From Haloquadratum sp. (GTDB lineage: Archaea; Halobacteriota; Halobacteria; Halobacteriales; Haloferacaceae), in NCBI GenBank assembly GCA_042215815.1, contig JBDGUP010000035.1, forward strand, positions 1 through 48,128: 48,128 bases of DNA, written 5' to 3'. Made by a program: the position numbers and the translations under genes. The notes beneath the pieces are model-generated. The model did no database searches and was not told the origin of the DNA. It was given only the letters and a program-made list of their open reading frames with translations. This document shows, piece by piece, positions 17,914 to 28,619 of the stretch. Each line of letters begins with the position of its first letter. Positions within the stretch are counted from its first letter, which is position 1.

Positions 17914-19452
17914 ATGAAACGCAAGGCACTCGCGACACTGCTCGTCGTATCGCTTCTCGCAAGCGCCGTCCCCGTCGCGGGGCTCACCTCCGCGCCCGAG
18001 CTTCGGACGGTGACGTCGAACCCGACGCTCCAGCCGGGCGGCATCAACGAGGTGTCGTTCCAGTTGGTGAACGACGCATCGGGCCCCGAAGACGAGATCC
18101 GCACGGCGACGAACATCCACGTTCGGCTCGGCGGGTCCAGCCGCTTCGACGTCCAGACGAGACACCTGTACGTCCCGAAGCTTACCGACGGCGAGCCCGT
18201 CTCGCTCACCGCTGTGCTGGACGTTCCCGCGAACGTCTCCAGCGGGACCTACCGGATTCCCCTGTATCTCACCTACGAGTACGAGCAGGGCTCCGGGAAC
18301 GAGGTCGAGCGGCAGGCGACCGCCTCTCTCACCGTCCGCGTGAAACCGGGTCCCCGATTCGCGGTCGTCGACACCAACTCGACCGCCACCGTCGACGGCA
18401 GCGGGACCCTGGAAGTGACGATGCGGAACGTCGGCGACACGGCCGCGCTCGATTCGCGACTCACGCTCTCGTCGTCCTCGCCGGAGGTCGGACTCGGTGC
18501 CGGATCGTCGAGCACGCGCTTCGTCGACTCGTGGGCGACAGGCGAGACGCGGACCTTCGAGTTCGAGACCTCGCTCGGCGCGAACGCCCGGCCCGGAACC
18601 TACTCGCTCGACGCCACGGTCGCGTTCGAGAAGCCCGACGGGACGCAGGGGACGAGCGCCACGCTCGCGGTCCCGCTGCGCGCCCTCCCCGAGGTGACGT
18701 TCGCGGTCTCGGAGGTGCAGAGCACCCTCCAGGTCGGCACCGAGGGGACGGTCTCGGGGACGGTCACCAACACCGGGCCGATGCGCGTGACCGACGCCGT
18801 GGTGACGTTCGCAGACCCCGGCCCGACTGTCACGCCGGTCGAGACGTCCGTCGCGATCGGGGCACTCGATCCGGGCCAGTCGGCCTCGTTCTCGTTCGAC
18901 GTCGAGGTGACGAGCAGCGCCGAAGCGGGCGCCCGACAGTTCGACCTCGGCGTTTCGTACTACGACGGCGAGGGCGACCTCCGCAAGTCCGAGGCGCTCC
19001 CGGTCCAGGTAGTCGTCGACGAACAGTCGCCGGAGTTCGACGTCGCGCCCGTCGACGCGACGCTCAGTGCCGGCAGCAGCGGCCAGCTCCGGGTCAGGGT
19101 GACGAACACGCGCGACACCGCGGTGACGGACATCTCCGCGAAGGTCTACCTCGACTCGCCGCTGTCGTCGTCCAACGACGAGGCGTTCATCGAGCGGCTC
19201 GAACCCGGTCACTCGAAGACGGTCGTCTTCCAGCTCAGCGCGGGCGGCGGCGCCATAGCGAAGACCTACCCCGTCAAGATGGACTTCCAGTACGACGACA
19301 GCGAGGGCGAGACCATCATCTCCGACACCTACCAGCTCCCCGTCAGGGTCACGGCGCCCGCGGACAGCGGACCGCCGATCGTCCCCATCGCCGTCGTCGC
19401 GGCCGCGATCCTGGTCGGCGGGGGGTACCTCTACTACCGTCGACGGGCCTAA
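17914..19452 (+). CDS. COG1361-type S-layer-like secreted protein with Ig/CARDB-like repeats and C-terminal membrane anchor
   Basis: Sec signal peptide; repeated VTNTG / LDPGQSASFSF beta-sandwich motifs; C-terminal TM helix plus YYRRRA tail. Confidence 0.8.
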   Translation: MKRKALATLLVVSLLASAVPVAGLTSAPELRTVTSNPTLQPGGINEVSFQLVNDASGPEDEIRTATNIHVRLGGSSRFDVQTRHLYVPKLTDGEPVSLTAVLDVPANVSSGTYRIPLYLTYEYEQGSGNEVERQATASLTVRVKPGPRFAVVDTNSTATVDGSGTLEVTMRNVGDTAALDSRLTLSSSSPEVGLGAGSSSTRFVDSWATGETRTFEFETSLGANARPGTYSLDATVAFEKPDGTQGTSATLAVPLRALPEVTFAVSEVQSTLQVGTEGTVSGTVTNTGPMRVTDAVVTFADPGPTVTPVETSVAIGALDPGQSASFSFDVEVTSSAEAGARQFDLGVSYYDGEGDLRKSEALPVQVVVDEQSPEFDVAPVDATLSAGSSGQLRVRVTNTRDTAVTDISAKVYLDSPLSSSNDEAFIERLEPGHSKTVVFQLSAGGGAIAKTYPVKMDFQYDDSEGETIISDTYQLPVRVTAPADSGPPIVPIAVVAAAILVGGGYLYYRRRA

Positions 19453-19455
19453 CCG

Positions 19456-22029
19456 ATGCAGTTCGACTACCAGCGGCTCATCGACTGGACCGACGACAAG
19501 ATCGTCAACCACCCGAGGCGGGTGATGCTGGCGTTCCTGTTGGTCACGGCCGTGTTCGCCGGCGGACTCGGGAACGTCTCGACGGAGTCGGGCACCCAGC
19601 AGTTCGCCGAGGACGTCCCGGCCGCGGACGCGCTCGAACGGATCGAAGACGAGTTCCTGCCGGCGTTCGACGCCGACCCCGGGAGCACCCAGCTCGTCCA
19701 GCGGAGTTCCAACGTCCTCTCGAAGCCGTCCCTGCTCGCGATGCTCCGCGCCCAGGAGGCGCTCCAGGACCGCGAAGGGATGTACGTCTCGGCCACGTCG
19801 TCGGCGGCCGAAGTCGTCGCACGCACCATCGATCCCTCGGCGACGACGCTCGAACAGCAGATCACGACGCTCGAACGCGCGACGCCGACCCAGATCCGCC
19901 AGGCCGTCCGGGTGAACGCGGACAACCCGGCGTTCACGGGCACGCTGAGCAACGACTTCAACCGCAAGGCGGCGTCGGCCTCGGCGGCGATCGGCGTCGT
20001 CAAGCACGACCTCCCGCAGGGGGTCGGCGGCGGCGGAGCGGGCCAGTCCGGCGATAGCCCGCTGACGCCGATCCAGCAGCAGGCCCAGCGGATCATCGAC
20101 GCCGAGATCGATTCGGACATCACCGTCTTCGGCAGCGGGATCATCGCCGCGGAGTTCGGAAAGGTGATCTCGGACTCGCTGCTCATCGTCACGCCGGCCG
20201 CCGTCCTGCTCATCGTCGGGTTCCTCGTCGTCGCCTACCGCGACCTCCTGGATCTCCTCTTGGGCGTCGTCTCGCTCGGAATGGCCGTGATCTGGACCTT
20301 CGGCTTCCTCGGCCTCGCGGGCATTCCTTTCAACCAGATTATGATCTCGGTGCCGCCGCTCCTGCTCGCGGTCGGGATCGACTTCGGCATCCACGCCATC
20401 AACCGCTATCGGGAAGACCGCGCCACCGGACTCGACGTCACCTCGGCGATGCGGGTCGCGACCGATCAACTGCTCGTCGCGTTCTTCATCGTGACGGGAA
20501 CGACGGTCATCGGCTTCCTCTCGAACCTGGCGTCCAGCCTCCCCCCGATCCGCGACTTCGGCATCGTCGCCGGCGTCGGCATCACCTTCACCTTCCTGAT
20601 CTTCGGCGTCTTCCTCCCGGCGGCGAAGGTCTGGCTCGACCGTCGGCGCGAGGCGTGGCCGCTCCCGACCTTCAGCCAGAAGCCGCTCGGCCAGGAGGGC
20701 TCCCGGCTCGGTCGGGTCCTCTCTGTCGGCGTCGTGATTTCGCGACACGCGCCGGTGATCCTGCTGGTGGTCGCGCTGGTCTTCAGCGCCGGCGCGGCGG
20801 GCTATGCGACCGGCGTCGACACCTCCTTCTCCCGGGAGGACTTCCTGCCGCCGGAGGAGGTCTCGCCGCTCTTGAAGTCGCTTCCGGAACCGTTCGCGCC
20901 GAGCGATTACGACGTCGTGGCGACGCTGAACTTCCTCGAAGACGAGTTCACCAGCTCTCAGGGGGGGTCTGTCACCATCTACCTCGAAGCGCGGCTGGAA
21001 AACGACGCCGCCCTCGAACGGATCTACCGCGCGGGGAAGAACCCGCCCGAGGAGTTCGTCAGCACCGGCGACCGCCGCGCCGAGTCGACGAGCATCGTGA
21101 CGGTGATCCAGAGCTACGCGGACCGGAACCCCGAGTTCGCAGCGCTCGTCGAGCGGAACGATCAGAACGACAACGGCGTCCCCGACGACGACCTCCCCAC
21201 GATCTACCGCCGGCTCGAGACGTCGCCGGTCGGCGATCGGGCGTCGCAGTACCTCGCCGACGACCACCGGAGCGCTCGGATCGTCTATCGGGTCTCGGCT
21301 GACGTCTCCGACGACGCGGCGACCGCGGCCGCGCGCGAGGTCGCAGATCGGTTCCGCGGGGACGCGACGGCCACGGGAACCACGGTGGTCTTCCAGCAGG
21401 TTTCGACCCTCATCTTCGAGTCGGCGGTGACGAGCCTCGCCATCGCGCTGGCGACGACGGTCGTCTTCCTCGTCTTCGTCTACTGGGTGCTGGAGGGGCT
21501 GCCGTCGCTCGGGATCGCGAACCTCGTCCCCATCGTCGCGTCCGTGGCGGCGGTCGCGGGCACGATGCGGCTGCTGGGCATCTCGTTCAACGCCTTCACC
21601 GCGACCATCCTCTCGATGACGATCGGGCTGGGGATCGACTACTCGGTCCACGTGGTCCACCGGTTCGTCGACGAGCGTCGGGAGCGCGCGCTCTTCCCGG
21701 CGTTAGAGCGGACCGTGGTCGGGACCGGCGGCGCGCTCTTAGGGAGTATGGCGACGACGTCGTTCGGGATCGGCGTGCTCGTCCTCGCGGTGCTTTCGGT
21801 CCTCGGCCAGTTCGGGATCCTGACGGCGATCTCAATCGCGTACTCGTTTCTCACCTCGCTTTTGGTCCTCCCCTCGGCGCTCGTGGTCTGGGACCGGTTC
21901 GTCAACGACGACCCCGACGCGCCGATGGGTCCGCGAGCCGAGTCCGGGGGAGGCGGGGCGGTCGCGGAGGGTGCGGTCCCCGTCAGCGACGGCGGCCCGA
22001 CCGCCGAACGCGGAGGTGACGCCCGATGA
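19456..22029 (+). CDS. MMPL/RND superfamily transporter
   Basis: Two repeats, each with a TM4 motif (AVGIDFGIH, GLGIDYSVH), about 12 TM helices and two large extracytoplasmic loops. Confidence 0.92.
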   Translation: MQFDYQRLIDWTDDKIVNHPRRVMLAFLLVTAVFAGGLGNVSTESGTQQFAEDVPAADALERIEDEFLPAFDADPGSTQLVQRSSNVLSKPSLLAMLRAQEALQDREGMYVSATSSAAEVVARTIDPSATTLEQQITTLERATPTQIRQAVRVNADNPAFTGTLSNDFNRKAASASAAIGVVKHDLPQGVGGGGAGQSGDSPLTPIQQQAQRIIDAEIDSDITVFGSGIIAAEFGKVISDSLLIVTPAAVLLIVGFLVVAYRDLLDLLLGVVSLGMAVIWTFGFLGLAGIPFNQIMISVPPLLLAVGIDFGIHAINRYREDRATGLDVTSAMRVATDQLLVAFFIVTGTTVIGFLSNLASSLPPIRDFGIVAGVGITFTFLIFGVFLPAAKVWLDRRREAWPLPTFSQKPLGQEGSRLGRVLSVGVVISRHAPVILLVVALVFSAGAAGYATGVDTSFSREDFLPPEEVSPLLKSLPEPFAPSDYDVVATLNFLEDEFTSSQGGSVTIYLEARLENDAALERIYRAGKNPPEEFVSTGDRRAESTSIVTVIQSYADRNPEFAALVERNDQNDNGVPDDDLPTIYRRLETSPVGDRASQYLADDHRSARIVYRVSADVSDDAATAAAREVADRFRGDATATGTTVVFQQVSTLIFESAVTSLAIALATTVVFLVFVYWVLEGLPSLGIANLVPIVASVAAVAGTMRLLGISFNAFTATILSMTIGLGIDYSVHVVHRFVDERRERALFPALERTVVGTGGALLGSMATTSFGIGVLVLAVLSVLGQFGILTAISIAYSFLTSLLVLPSALVVWDRFVNDDPDAPMGPRAESGGGGAVAEGAVPVSDGGPTAERGGDAR

Positions 22030-22838
22030 GAGGTGACAGCGGCGACGGCACGGACGACGGTCTGACAGATCTCTCCGAGCACGAGGCCGTCGAGTCGCTG
22101 GAGCGGCTCGGGCTCTCGAACTACGCCGCCCGGGCCTTCGTCGCCCTCCAGCGCCTCGGCGTCGCCACGGCGAAGCAGATCCACGAAGAGACGGGAGTCC
22201 CGCGGTCGCAGGTGTACGGCGCGGCCGACGAACTGGCAGACCTCGGGCTCGTCGAACTCCAGCAGTCGACCCCGAAGCGGTACCGCCCGGTGAGCCTCGA
22301 CACGGCCCGTCGCCGACTCGCCGAGGAACTGAAGGCCGAGACCGACCGCGCCTTTTCGTTCCTCGAAGCCCAGCGCGCGGCCCGGACCGAACGGGAGTCC
22401 CGCGACGACGTGTGGACGATCCGCGGGCGCGAGCCGGTGAACGGCCGCATCGTCGACCTGTCGAGCCGGGCGGACGATCGCGTCCTCTTCGCGGCGCCGT
22501 CGCCGGAGTTCGTCCCGGCGGACCTCGTCGAGACGATCGCCGACCGGCGTGAGGCGGGCGTCTCCGTCCGCGTGGTCAGCGAGAGCCGAGACGTCAGAGC
22601 GGCCTTCGAGGGGATCGACGGGGTCGACATCGAGCCGGCCGTCAGCCCCCACGCGGGGGACGACCCGGGCCGCGTCCTCGTCGTCGACGGGCGCATCGTC
22701 CTGCTCTCTGTGGTCTCGCCGGGCGGCGACGGCGAAACCGAAACCGCGATCTGGTCGGCCGACACGGCGATGGCGCAGATCCTCGCCCAGCTCATCGAGA
22801 GCAGTATCGACGTGTTCGTCCGGAGCGACGCGGAATAA
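22026..22838 (+). CDS. TrmB family transcriptional regulator
   Basis: LGLSNYAARAFVAL, TGVPRSQVYG HTH, PKRYRPV; ATGA overlap with the transporter gene. Confidence 0.9.
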   Translation: MRGDSGDGTDDGLTDLSEHEAVESLERLGLSNYAARAFVALQRLGVATAKQIHEETGVPRSQVYGAADELADLGLVELQQSTPKRYRPVSLDTARRRLAEELKAETDRAFSFLEAQRAARTERESRDDVWTIRGREPVNGRIVDLSSRADDRVLFAAPSPEFVPADLVETIADRREAGVSVRVVSESRDVRAAFEGIDGVDIEPAVSPHAGDDPGRVLVVDGRIVLLSVVSPGGDGETETAIWSADTAMAQILAQLIESSIDVFVRSDAE

Positions 22839-22842
22839 CGAC

Positions 22843-23124
22843 TTACCGACGGATCTCGAATCCGGTCTCGCCCTGCGGCTCTTCGTAGTCGACGTCGACG
22901 CCCTCGACGGACGCCGCCGGACTGCCGGTGTGACACCACTCGACCATCGCGTCGACCGCGTCCGCGGGGCCTTCGAAGACCGCCTCGACGCGCCCGTCGT
23001 CGAGGTTCTTCACCCACCCGTCGACGTCGCGGTCGCGGGCCGCATCCCGGGTCGACGCGCGGTAGTAGACGCCCTGGACCGTGCCGCTGACGAAGACGTG
23101 CGCTCTGGTTCGGTCGTCGCTCAT
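22843..23124 (-). CDS. acyP: Acylphosphatase
   Basis: VSGTVQGVYYR and GWVKNLDDGRVEAVFEG signatures. Confidence 0.93.
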   Translation of the reverse strand: MSDDRTRAHVFVSGTVQGVYYRASTRDAARDRDVDGWVKNLDDGRVEAVFEGPADAVDAMVEWCHTGSPAASVEGVDVDYEEPQGETGFEIRR

Positions 23125-23159
23125 CGGCGGCAGATAGCCGCGCGCGACTGAATAAATAT

Positions 23160-23229
23160 TTGTTGTCGCTGTGTACCGCCGAACGCCACCCCGTCGCTGG
23201 TGATCACCGGGACGGAACGAGGGTAATCA
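23160..23229. mobile_element. Degenerate palindromic element (subtype 3-like)
   Basis: CTGTGTACCG...CGCCACCCC...GATCACCGGGACGGAACGAG aligns by eye with the reverse complement of 13021-13097. Confidence 0.5.
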
Positions 23230-23286
23230 CGCTGCCAGCGGCGACCCAAGCGTGAATTTATAGGCGCCGCGCGGGCCAGAGGAGGT

Positions 23287-24672
23287 ATGGATCTCTTCGG
23301 GACCGCCGGCATCCGCGGATCGGCGACAGAGAGCGTCACGCCCCAACTCGCACTCGACGTCGGGCGGGCGGTCGGCGCCGACGCGGTCGCGTCGGACGGA
23401 GAGGGGGACGGGGACGGGGACGCGACGGTCGTGGTCGGCCGCGACGGGCGGACGACCGGGCCGGCACTGGCAGCCGCGGTGGAGGCGGGGCTGGAATCCG
23501 CCGGCGCGGACGTCAGCCGCGTCGGCGTCGTTCCCACGCCGGCGCTCGCGTACGCGTCGCGGGGACGTCGGGGAGTGATGCTCACCGCGTCGCACAACCC
23601 CCCGTCGGACAACGGCATCAAGCTGTTCGTCGACGGCGAGGAGTACGATCGAGAGCTCGAACGCGACGTCGAGACCGCGGTCGCGAGCGAGCCGTCGCCC
23701 GCCGCGTGGGACGAGTGGGGCGACGCCGAGGACGACGACGTGCTCCCGGCGTACCGCGCGGCGGTCGTCGACTACGCGCGCGACCACGGCGCGGACCTCG
23801 ACGGCCTCGACGTCGCGGTCGACTGCGGCAACGGGGCGGGCGCGCTCGCGACGCCCGAGGTCCTCCGCGAACTCGGCGCGCACGTGGTGACGCTCAACGG
23901 TCAGGTCGACGGCCACTTCCCCGGCCGGGCGTCGAAGCCGACGCCGGAGTCGCTCTCGACCCTCCGCGCGTTCATCCGCGACGGCGACTACGCCTTCGGG
24001 ATCGGCCACGACGGCGACGCGGATCGGCTCGTCCTCGTCGACGCGGGCGGTGAGGTCGTCCACGAGGACACCGTCGTCGCCATCCTCGGGGCGCACTACG
24101 TCCGCGAGAGCGACGCGGCCGACCCGGTCGTCGTCACCACGCCGAACGCGTCGGGCCGCATCGACGAGCGGGTGCGGGCGGCCGGCGGCCGCGTCGAGCG
24201 GGTCCGCCTCGGCGCGCTCCACGAGGGAATCGCCGGGGTCCACGCCGACGGCGGGGCGGTCGTCTTCGCCGCCGAACCGTGGAAGCACCTCCACCCCGCC
24301 CACGGCGGCTGGATCGACGGGGTCGCCTCCGCGGCCGTCCTCGCCCGGCTCGTGGCGGCCGACGGACTCGACGGTCTCTCCGACCCCGTGACAGAGCGCC
24401 CCTACCGGAAGGTGAACGTCGCGTGCCCGGACGCGCTGAAGACCGACGCGATGGGGCGGCTCGAGACGACGCTCCCCGAGGCGTTCCCCGACGCCGCGGT
24501 CGACACCGAGTACGGCGTCCGCCTGCGCTTCCCCGACGGGGCCTGGACGCTGGTGCGGCCCTCGGGGACCGAGCCGTACCTCCGCCTCTACGCCGAAGCC
24601 GACGACGTCGACGCGCTCGTCGACGAGGTGCGGGGCGTCGTCGCGACCGCGGTCGAGGACGCGGGAGCGTAG
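23287..24672 (+). CDS. Phosphomannomutase/phosphoglucomutase (alpha-D-phosphohexomutase family)
   Basis: FGTAGIRG, TASHNP (phospho-Ser), DGDADR metal loop, RPSGTEP; GGAGGT SD-like sequence directly upstream. Confidence 0.93.
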   Translation: MDLFGTAGIRGSATESVTPQLALDVGRAVGADAVASDGEGDGDGDATVVVGRDGRTTGPALAAAVEAGLESAGADVSRVGVVPTPALAYASRGRRGVMLTASHNPPSDNGIKLFVDGEEYDRELERDVETAVASEPSPAAWDEWGDAEDDDVLPAYRAAVVDYARDHGADLDGLDVAVDCGNGAGALATPEVLRELGAHVVTLNGQVDGHFPGRASKPTPESLSTLRAFIRDGDYAFGIGHDGDADRLVLVDAGGEVVHEDTVVAILGAHYVRESDAADPVVVTTPNASGRIDERVRAAGGRVERVRLGALHEGIAGVHADGGAVVFAAEPWKHLHPAHGGWIDGVASAAVLARLVAADGLDGLSDPVTERPYRKVNVACPDALKTDAMGRLETTLPEAFPDAAVDTEYGVRLRFPDGAWTLVRPSGTEPYLRLYAEADDVDALVDEVRGVVATAVEDAGA

Positions 24673-24739
24673 CGGCCGGCGCCGGCGTATCGCACCGACG
24701 CCGTTCGGTTCGCCCGGCCGGTCCCGATCGCAACGACTA

Positions 24740-24765
24740 ATTACTTGGTGGTATCACTAGGTAAT
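24740..24765. promoter_or_regulatory. 26-bp imperfect palindrome abutting the thi4 start codon; candidate operator
   Basis: ATTACTTGGTGGT-ATCACTAGGTAAT (10 of 13 positions pair), ending at the base before the ATG at 24766. Confidence 0.5.
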
Positions 24766-25692
24766 ATGACGTTCGACGGATTCAGCGACGTGACGGACGC
24801 ACAGGTGACGAACGCGATCGCAGACGCCTGGAGCGAGGAGTTCCTCGACTTCACGGACACGGCGGTCATCGTGGTCGGGGGCGGTCCCGCGGGGCTGATG
24901 ACGGCGACGGAACTGGCCGAACGCGGGATCGAGGTGATGGTCGTCGAGAAGAACAACTACCTCGGCGGCGGCTTCTGGCTCGGTGGGTTCCTGATGAACA
25001 AGCTCACGGTCCGCGAGCCCGCCGACGCCGTCCTCGACGAACTGGGCGTCCCCTACGAGGAGTCCGACACGGAGGGACTCCACCTCGCGGACGGGCCGCA
25101 CGCGTGTTCCGCGCTGATCGAGGCCGCCTGCGACGCGGGCGCGAAGATCCAGAACATGACCGAGTTCACGGACGTCGTCGTCCGCGACGACCACCGCGTC
25201 GCGGGCATCGTGATGAACTGGTCGCCGGTCCACGCGCTGCCGCGGGAACTCACCTGCGTGGACCCGATCGCCGTCGAGTCCGACCTCGTCGTCGACGCGA
25301 CGGGCCACGAGGCCGTCGTCGTCTCCAAGCTGCAAGAGCGCGGCGCGATCGACGCCCCGGGGATCGACCACGCCGAGACGCACGCGACGGGGATGGACGC
25401 GACGGACGAAGACGAGTACGGCGCGCCCGGCCACGACTCCCCCGGCCACGACTCGATGTGGGCCCAAGACAGCGAGGACGCGGTCGTCGAGAAGACCGGG
25501 ACCGTCCACGACGGACTCGTCACCGCCGGGCTCTCGACGGCGACGACCCACGGACTCACCCGGATGGGGCCGACCTTCGGCGCGATGCTGCTCTCGGGCA
25601 AGCGCGCCGCGCAGGTCGCCCTGGACGAACTCGGTGCGAGCGCGCCGGCCGTCGACCTCCCGGGCGACGCGCCGGTCTCCGCCGACGACTGA
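24766..25692 (+). CDS. thi4: Thiazole synthase Thi4 (Cys-type)
   Basis: [23 protein letters not shown] (catalytic Cys), [19 protein letters not shown]. Confidence 0.93.
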   Translation: MTFDGFSDVTDAQVTNAIADAWSEEFLDFTDTAVIVVGGGPAGLMTATELAERGIEVMVVEKNNYLGGGFWLGGFLMNKLTVREPADAVLDELGVPYEESDTEGLHLADGPHACSALIEAACDAGAKIQNMTEFTDVVVRDDHRVAGIVMNWSPVHALPRELTCVDPIAVESDLVVDATGHEAVVVSKLQERGAIDAPGIDHAETHATGMDATDEDEYGAPGHDSPGHDSMWAQDSEDAVVEKTGTVHDGLVTAGLSTATTHGLTRMGPTFGAMLLSGKRAAQVALDELGASAPAVDLPGDAPVSADD

Positions 25693-25694
25693 TA

Positions 25695-27167
25695 ATGATA
25701 GACTCGGCGACCGACGCTCCCGACGGCGCCCGGGCCGAGAGGCGACGCCGGCCCGCGCCGGTCTCGCTGCCGGTCTCTCTCACGATCGCCGGCAGCGACT
25801 CCGGCGGCGGCGCCGGGATCCAGGCGGACCTCCGGACGATGGCGGCCCACGACACCCATCCCACGAGCGTCGTGACGAGCGTCACGGCCCAGCACACCCG
25901 CGGCGTCGCGCGGTCGAGCGTCCTCGATCCCGACGACGTGCGCGCCCAATACGAGACCGTCGTCGACGACTTCGAGGTCGGCGCCGCCAAGACCGGGATG
26001 CTCGGCACCGCCGACGTCGTCCGGACGGTCACAGCCCTCGTCTCGGACGCATCGTTCCCGCTGGTCGTCGACCCGGTGATGGTCGCGACCGCCGGCGACC
26101 GGCTGCTTGACCCCGCCGGTGAGCGCGCCTACGCGGATCTCGTGAGCGAGGCGACGCTCGTCACGCCGAATCGCGACGAGGCGGCCGCCCTCGTCGACGG
26201 CGCGAGCGGGAGCGCCGCCACAGACGACGTCCCCGCCGCGAGCGGGTCGGACCTCACGCCCCGCGAGGCGGGCGCGCAGTTGGTCGAGCGGGGCGCCGAC
26301 GCGGCGCTCGTGACCGGCGGCCACGGCGACGACGACGTCGTCTGCGACGTCCTCGTGACGGCCGAGGGCGCCCGGGAGTTCGTCCACCCCCGGATCGACA
26401 CCGCCGCGACCCACGGCTCCGGCTGCGCGCTGTCGGCCGCGATCGCGGCGAACCTGAGCCGCGGTCACGACCTCGAATCGGCGGTCGCGGACGCGGTCGG
26501 CTTCGCCGCGCGGGCCGTCCGCTATCCGCTCGACGTCGGCCGCGGACCGGGGGCCGTCCACCCGCTCGTCGGCAAGCGCAACGCGGCCGACGCGCGGGCG
26601 ACGATCGACGCCGTCCGCGGCATCGTCGAGCGGTTCGTCGAACGCGACGTCCGCCCGCTCGTCCCCGAGGTCGGGACGAACGTCGTCGGTGCGACCCCCT
26701 ACGCCGAGGCGGTCGACGAGACGGCCGCCGTGGAGGGCCGCATCACGAAGACGATAGACGGAGTCGAGCCGAACTCGGGCATCCGCTTCGGTGCGTCGAG
26801 TCACCTCGCGCGCTTTCTGCTTGCGGCCCGCGAGCACGACCCGGACCTCCGTTTCGCGACGAACTGCCGGCTCTCCGAGGAGACGCGGCGCGGGCTTTCG
26901 GCCCTCGACGCGCCGGTCGCGTGGTTCGACCGCACCGCCGAACCCGCCGACGCCGCCACGATGGACTGGGCGGCCGACCGGGTGTTCGACCGCACCGAGG
27001 AGTGGTCGCACGCCGCGACGGCGGGACCGGCGGCGGGACCGTACGCCGTCGCCGACGAGGGCGCCGTCGGCAAGGAGCCGATGATCCGCGTCGTGGGCGA
27101 GACGCCCGAGGCGGTCGCCGCCACGGTCGAACGCCTGCTCGGCGACGCGGCGGATGGCGACGCGTAG
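25695..27167 (+). CDS. thiD: Bifunctional HMP/HMP-P kinase - thiamine phosphate synthase-like fusion (ThiD-ThiN)
   Basis: [35 protein letters not shown]; C-terminal [18 protein letters not shown] and GKEPMIR (ThiN domain). Confidence 0.9.
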   Translation: MIDSATDAPDGARAERRRRPAPVSLPVSLTIAGSDSGGGAGIQADLRTMAAHDTHPTSVVTSVTAQHTRGVARSSVLDPDDVRAQYETVVDDFEVGAAKTGMLGTADVVRTVTALVSDASFPLVVDPVMVATAGDRLLDPAGERAYADLVSEATLVTPNRDEAAALVDGASGSAATDDVPAASGSDLTPREAGAQLVERGADAALVTGGHGDDDVVCDVLVTAEGAREFVHPRIDTAATHGSGCALSAAIAANLSRGHDLESAVADAVGFAARAVRYPLDVGRGPGAVHPLVGKRNAADARATIDAVRGIVERFVERDVRPLVPEVGTNVVGATPYAEAVDETAAVEGRITKTIDGVEPNSGIRFGASSHLARFLLAAREHDPDLRFATNCRLSEETRRGLSALDAPVAWFDRTAEPADAATMDWAADRVFDRTEEWSHAATAGPAAGPYAVADEGAVGKEPMIRVVGETPEAVAATVERLLGDAADGDA

Positions 27168-27245
27168 CGACTCTCTTTGGGCCTCTCGGTGCCGCCGCCG
27201 TCGGACAGAAAAAGAGTTTTCCGCGCGGGCGCGAGACACGGAACG

Positions 27246-28619
27246 ATGAGTACCTCCCACGAGTACGACGTCGTCGTCGTCGGCGCGGGCACGGCCGGCT
27301 GTTATGCCGCGGCCACCGCCGCCAGCGAGGGTCTCGACGTCGCCGTCGTCGAGCGGAAGTCCGCCGAGGAAGCCGGTCACATCGCGTGCGGCGACGCGCT
27401 GAAGGGCGCGGACGCCTTCCCCGACGCGATCCCGAAATCCCAGATCGAGGGCGCGTTCACGAACACGGGCGTCGATCACGGTCGCTTCGAGATCCCCCAA
27501 GAAGAGACGGTCCTCGAGATCCCCGTCCCGGGCGAACTGGCCGTCATCGACCGCTGGGAGTACGGCCGCCTGCTCATCGAGGGCGCCCAGGAGGCGGGCG
27601 CGGAGTTCCACTACGACACGGTCGTCCAGGACGTCCGCCAGACTGACGACGGGACCGTCACGGGTGTCCGCGGGGCGCAGGCCGGCGATCCGGTGACGTT
27701 CGCGGCGGACGTCGTCATCGACGGCGCGGGGTCGCTGTCGATCCTCCAGGACAAGGCCGACTTCACCGACTCCACCTTCGACACCAACGTCTCGTACTCG
27801 CAGTTCTGCTCGGCCTACCGGGAGATCGTCGAGGTCCCCGATCCGGTCGAGTGGGACGACGCCCTCGTTTTCAAGCCGACAGAGCGCGCGGCGGGCTACC
27901 TCTGGTACTTCCCGCGGACGGAGACGACGATCAACGCCGGCCTGGGCTTCCAGATGAACGAAGAACCGATGAAGCTCGTCGACGACCTGCGGCGGGACCT
28001 CCGGCGCCGCCCCGAGTTCGCGGGCGCGACCGTGACCGACAAGCTCGGGGCGGCGCTGCCCACCCGACGCCCCTACGACTCGGCCGTCGCGGACGGGTTC
28101 GTCGCCGCCGGCGACGCCGCCGGTCACGTCAACCCCACCACCGGCGGCGGCATCGCCGGCGCGGCCTATGCGGGCACCTACGCCGCCGAGCAGGCCGTCC
28201 GGGCGATCTCGGACGGCGACGTGAGCGAAGACGCCCTGTGGCGCTACAACGAGCGCGTGATGGACCACTTCGGCGCCCGCTACGCCGGTCTCGACGTCTA
28301 CAACGTCCTCTCGACCGCCGTCGACGTCGACGAACTGATGGGGCTCTTGGCCTCGCTGCCCGGCGAGAAACTGGCGGAGGCGCTGTACTCCGGGACGACC
28401 TCCTTCGGCCCGGTCCTCCTCGCGAAGACGGTCAAAAACTCCTTCGGCTACTGGGGGCAGATCCTGAACTTCTACCGGACGAAGAAGCTCGCGGACGACC
28501 TGATGGCCCACTACGATCGCTATCCGGGCCGGCCCGGCGCGCTCGACGGCTGGCGGGCCGAACGCGACCGCCTGATGGACGAGATCTACGAGGTCACCGG
28601 CGCCGACGCGAAGTACTGA
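27246..28619 (+). CDS. Geranylgeranyl reductase family FAD-dependent oxidoreductase
   Basis: GAGTAG, ACGDA, YLWYFP (YxWxFP), GDAAGHVNPTTGGGI. Confidence 0.9.
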   Translation: MSTSHEYDVVVVGAGTAGCYAAATAASEGLDVAVVERKSAEEAGHIACGDALKGADAFPDAIPKSQIEGAFTNTGVDHGRFEIPQEETVLEIPVPGELAVIDRWEYGRLLIEGAQEAGAEFHYDTVVQDVRQTDDGTVTGVRGAQAGDPVTFAADVVIDGAGSLSILQDKADFTDSTFDTNVSYSQFCSAYREIVEVPDPVEWDDALVFKPTERAAGYLWYFPRTETTINAGLGFQMNEEPMKLVDDLRRDLRRRPEFAGATVTDKLGAALPTRRPYDSAVADGFVAAGDAAGHVNPTTGGGIAGAAYAGTYAAEQAVRAISDGDVSEDALWRYNERVMDHFGARYAGLDVYNVLSTAVDVDELMGLLASLPGEKLAEALYSGTTSFGPVLLAKTVKNSFGYWGQILNFYRTKKLADDLMAHYDRYPGRPGALDGWRAERDRLMDEIYEVTGADAKY

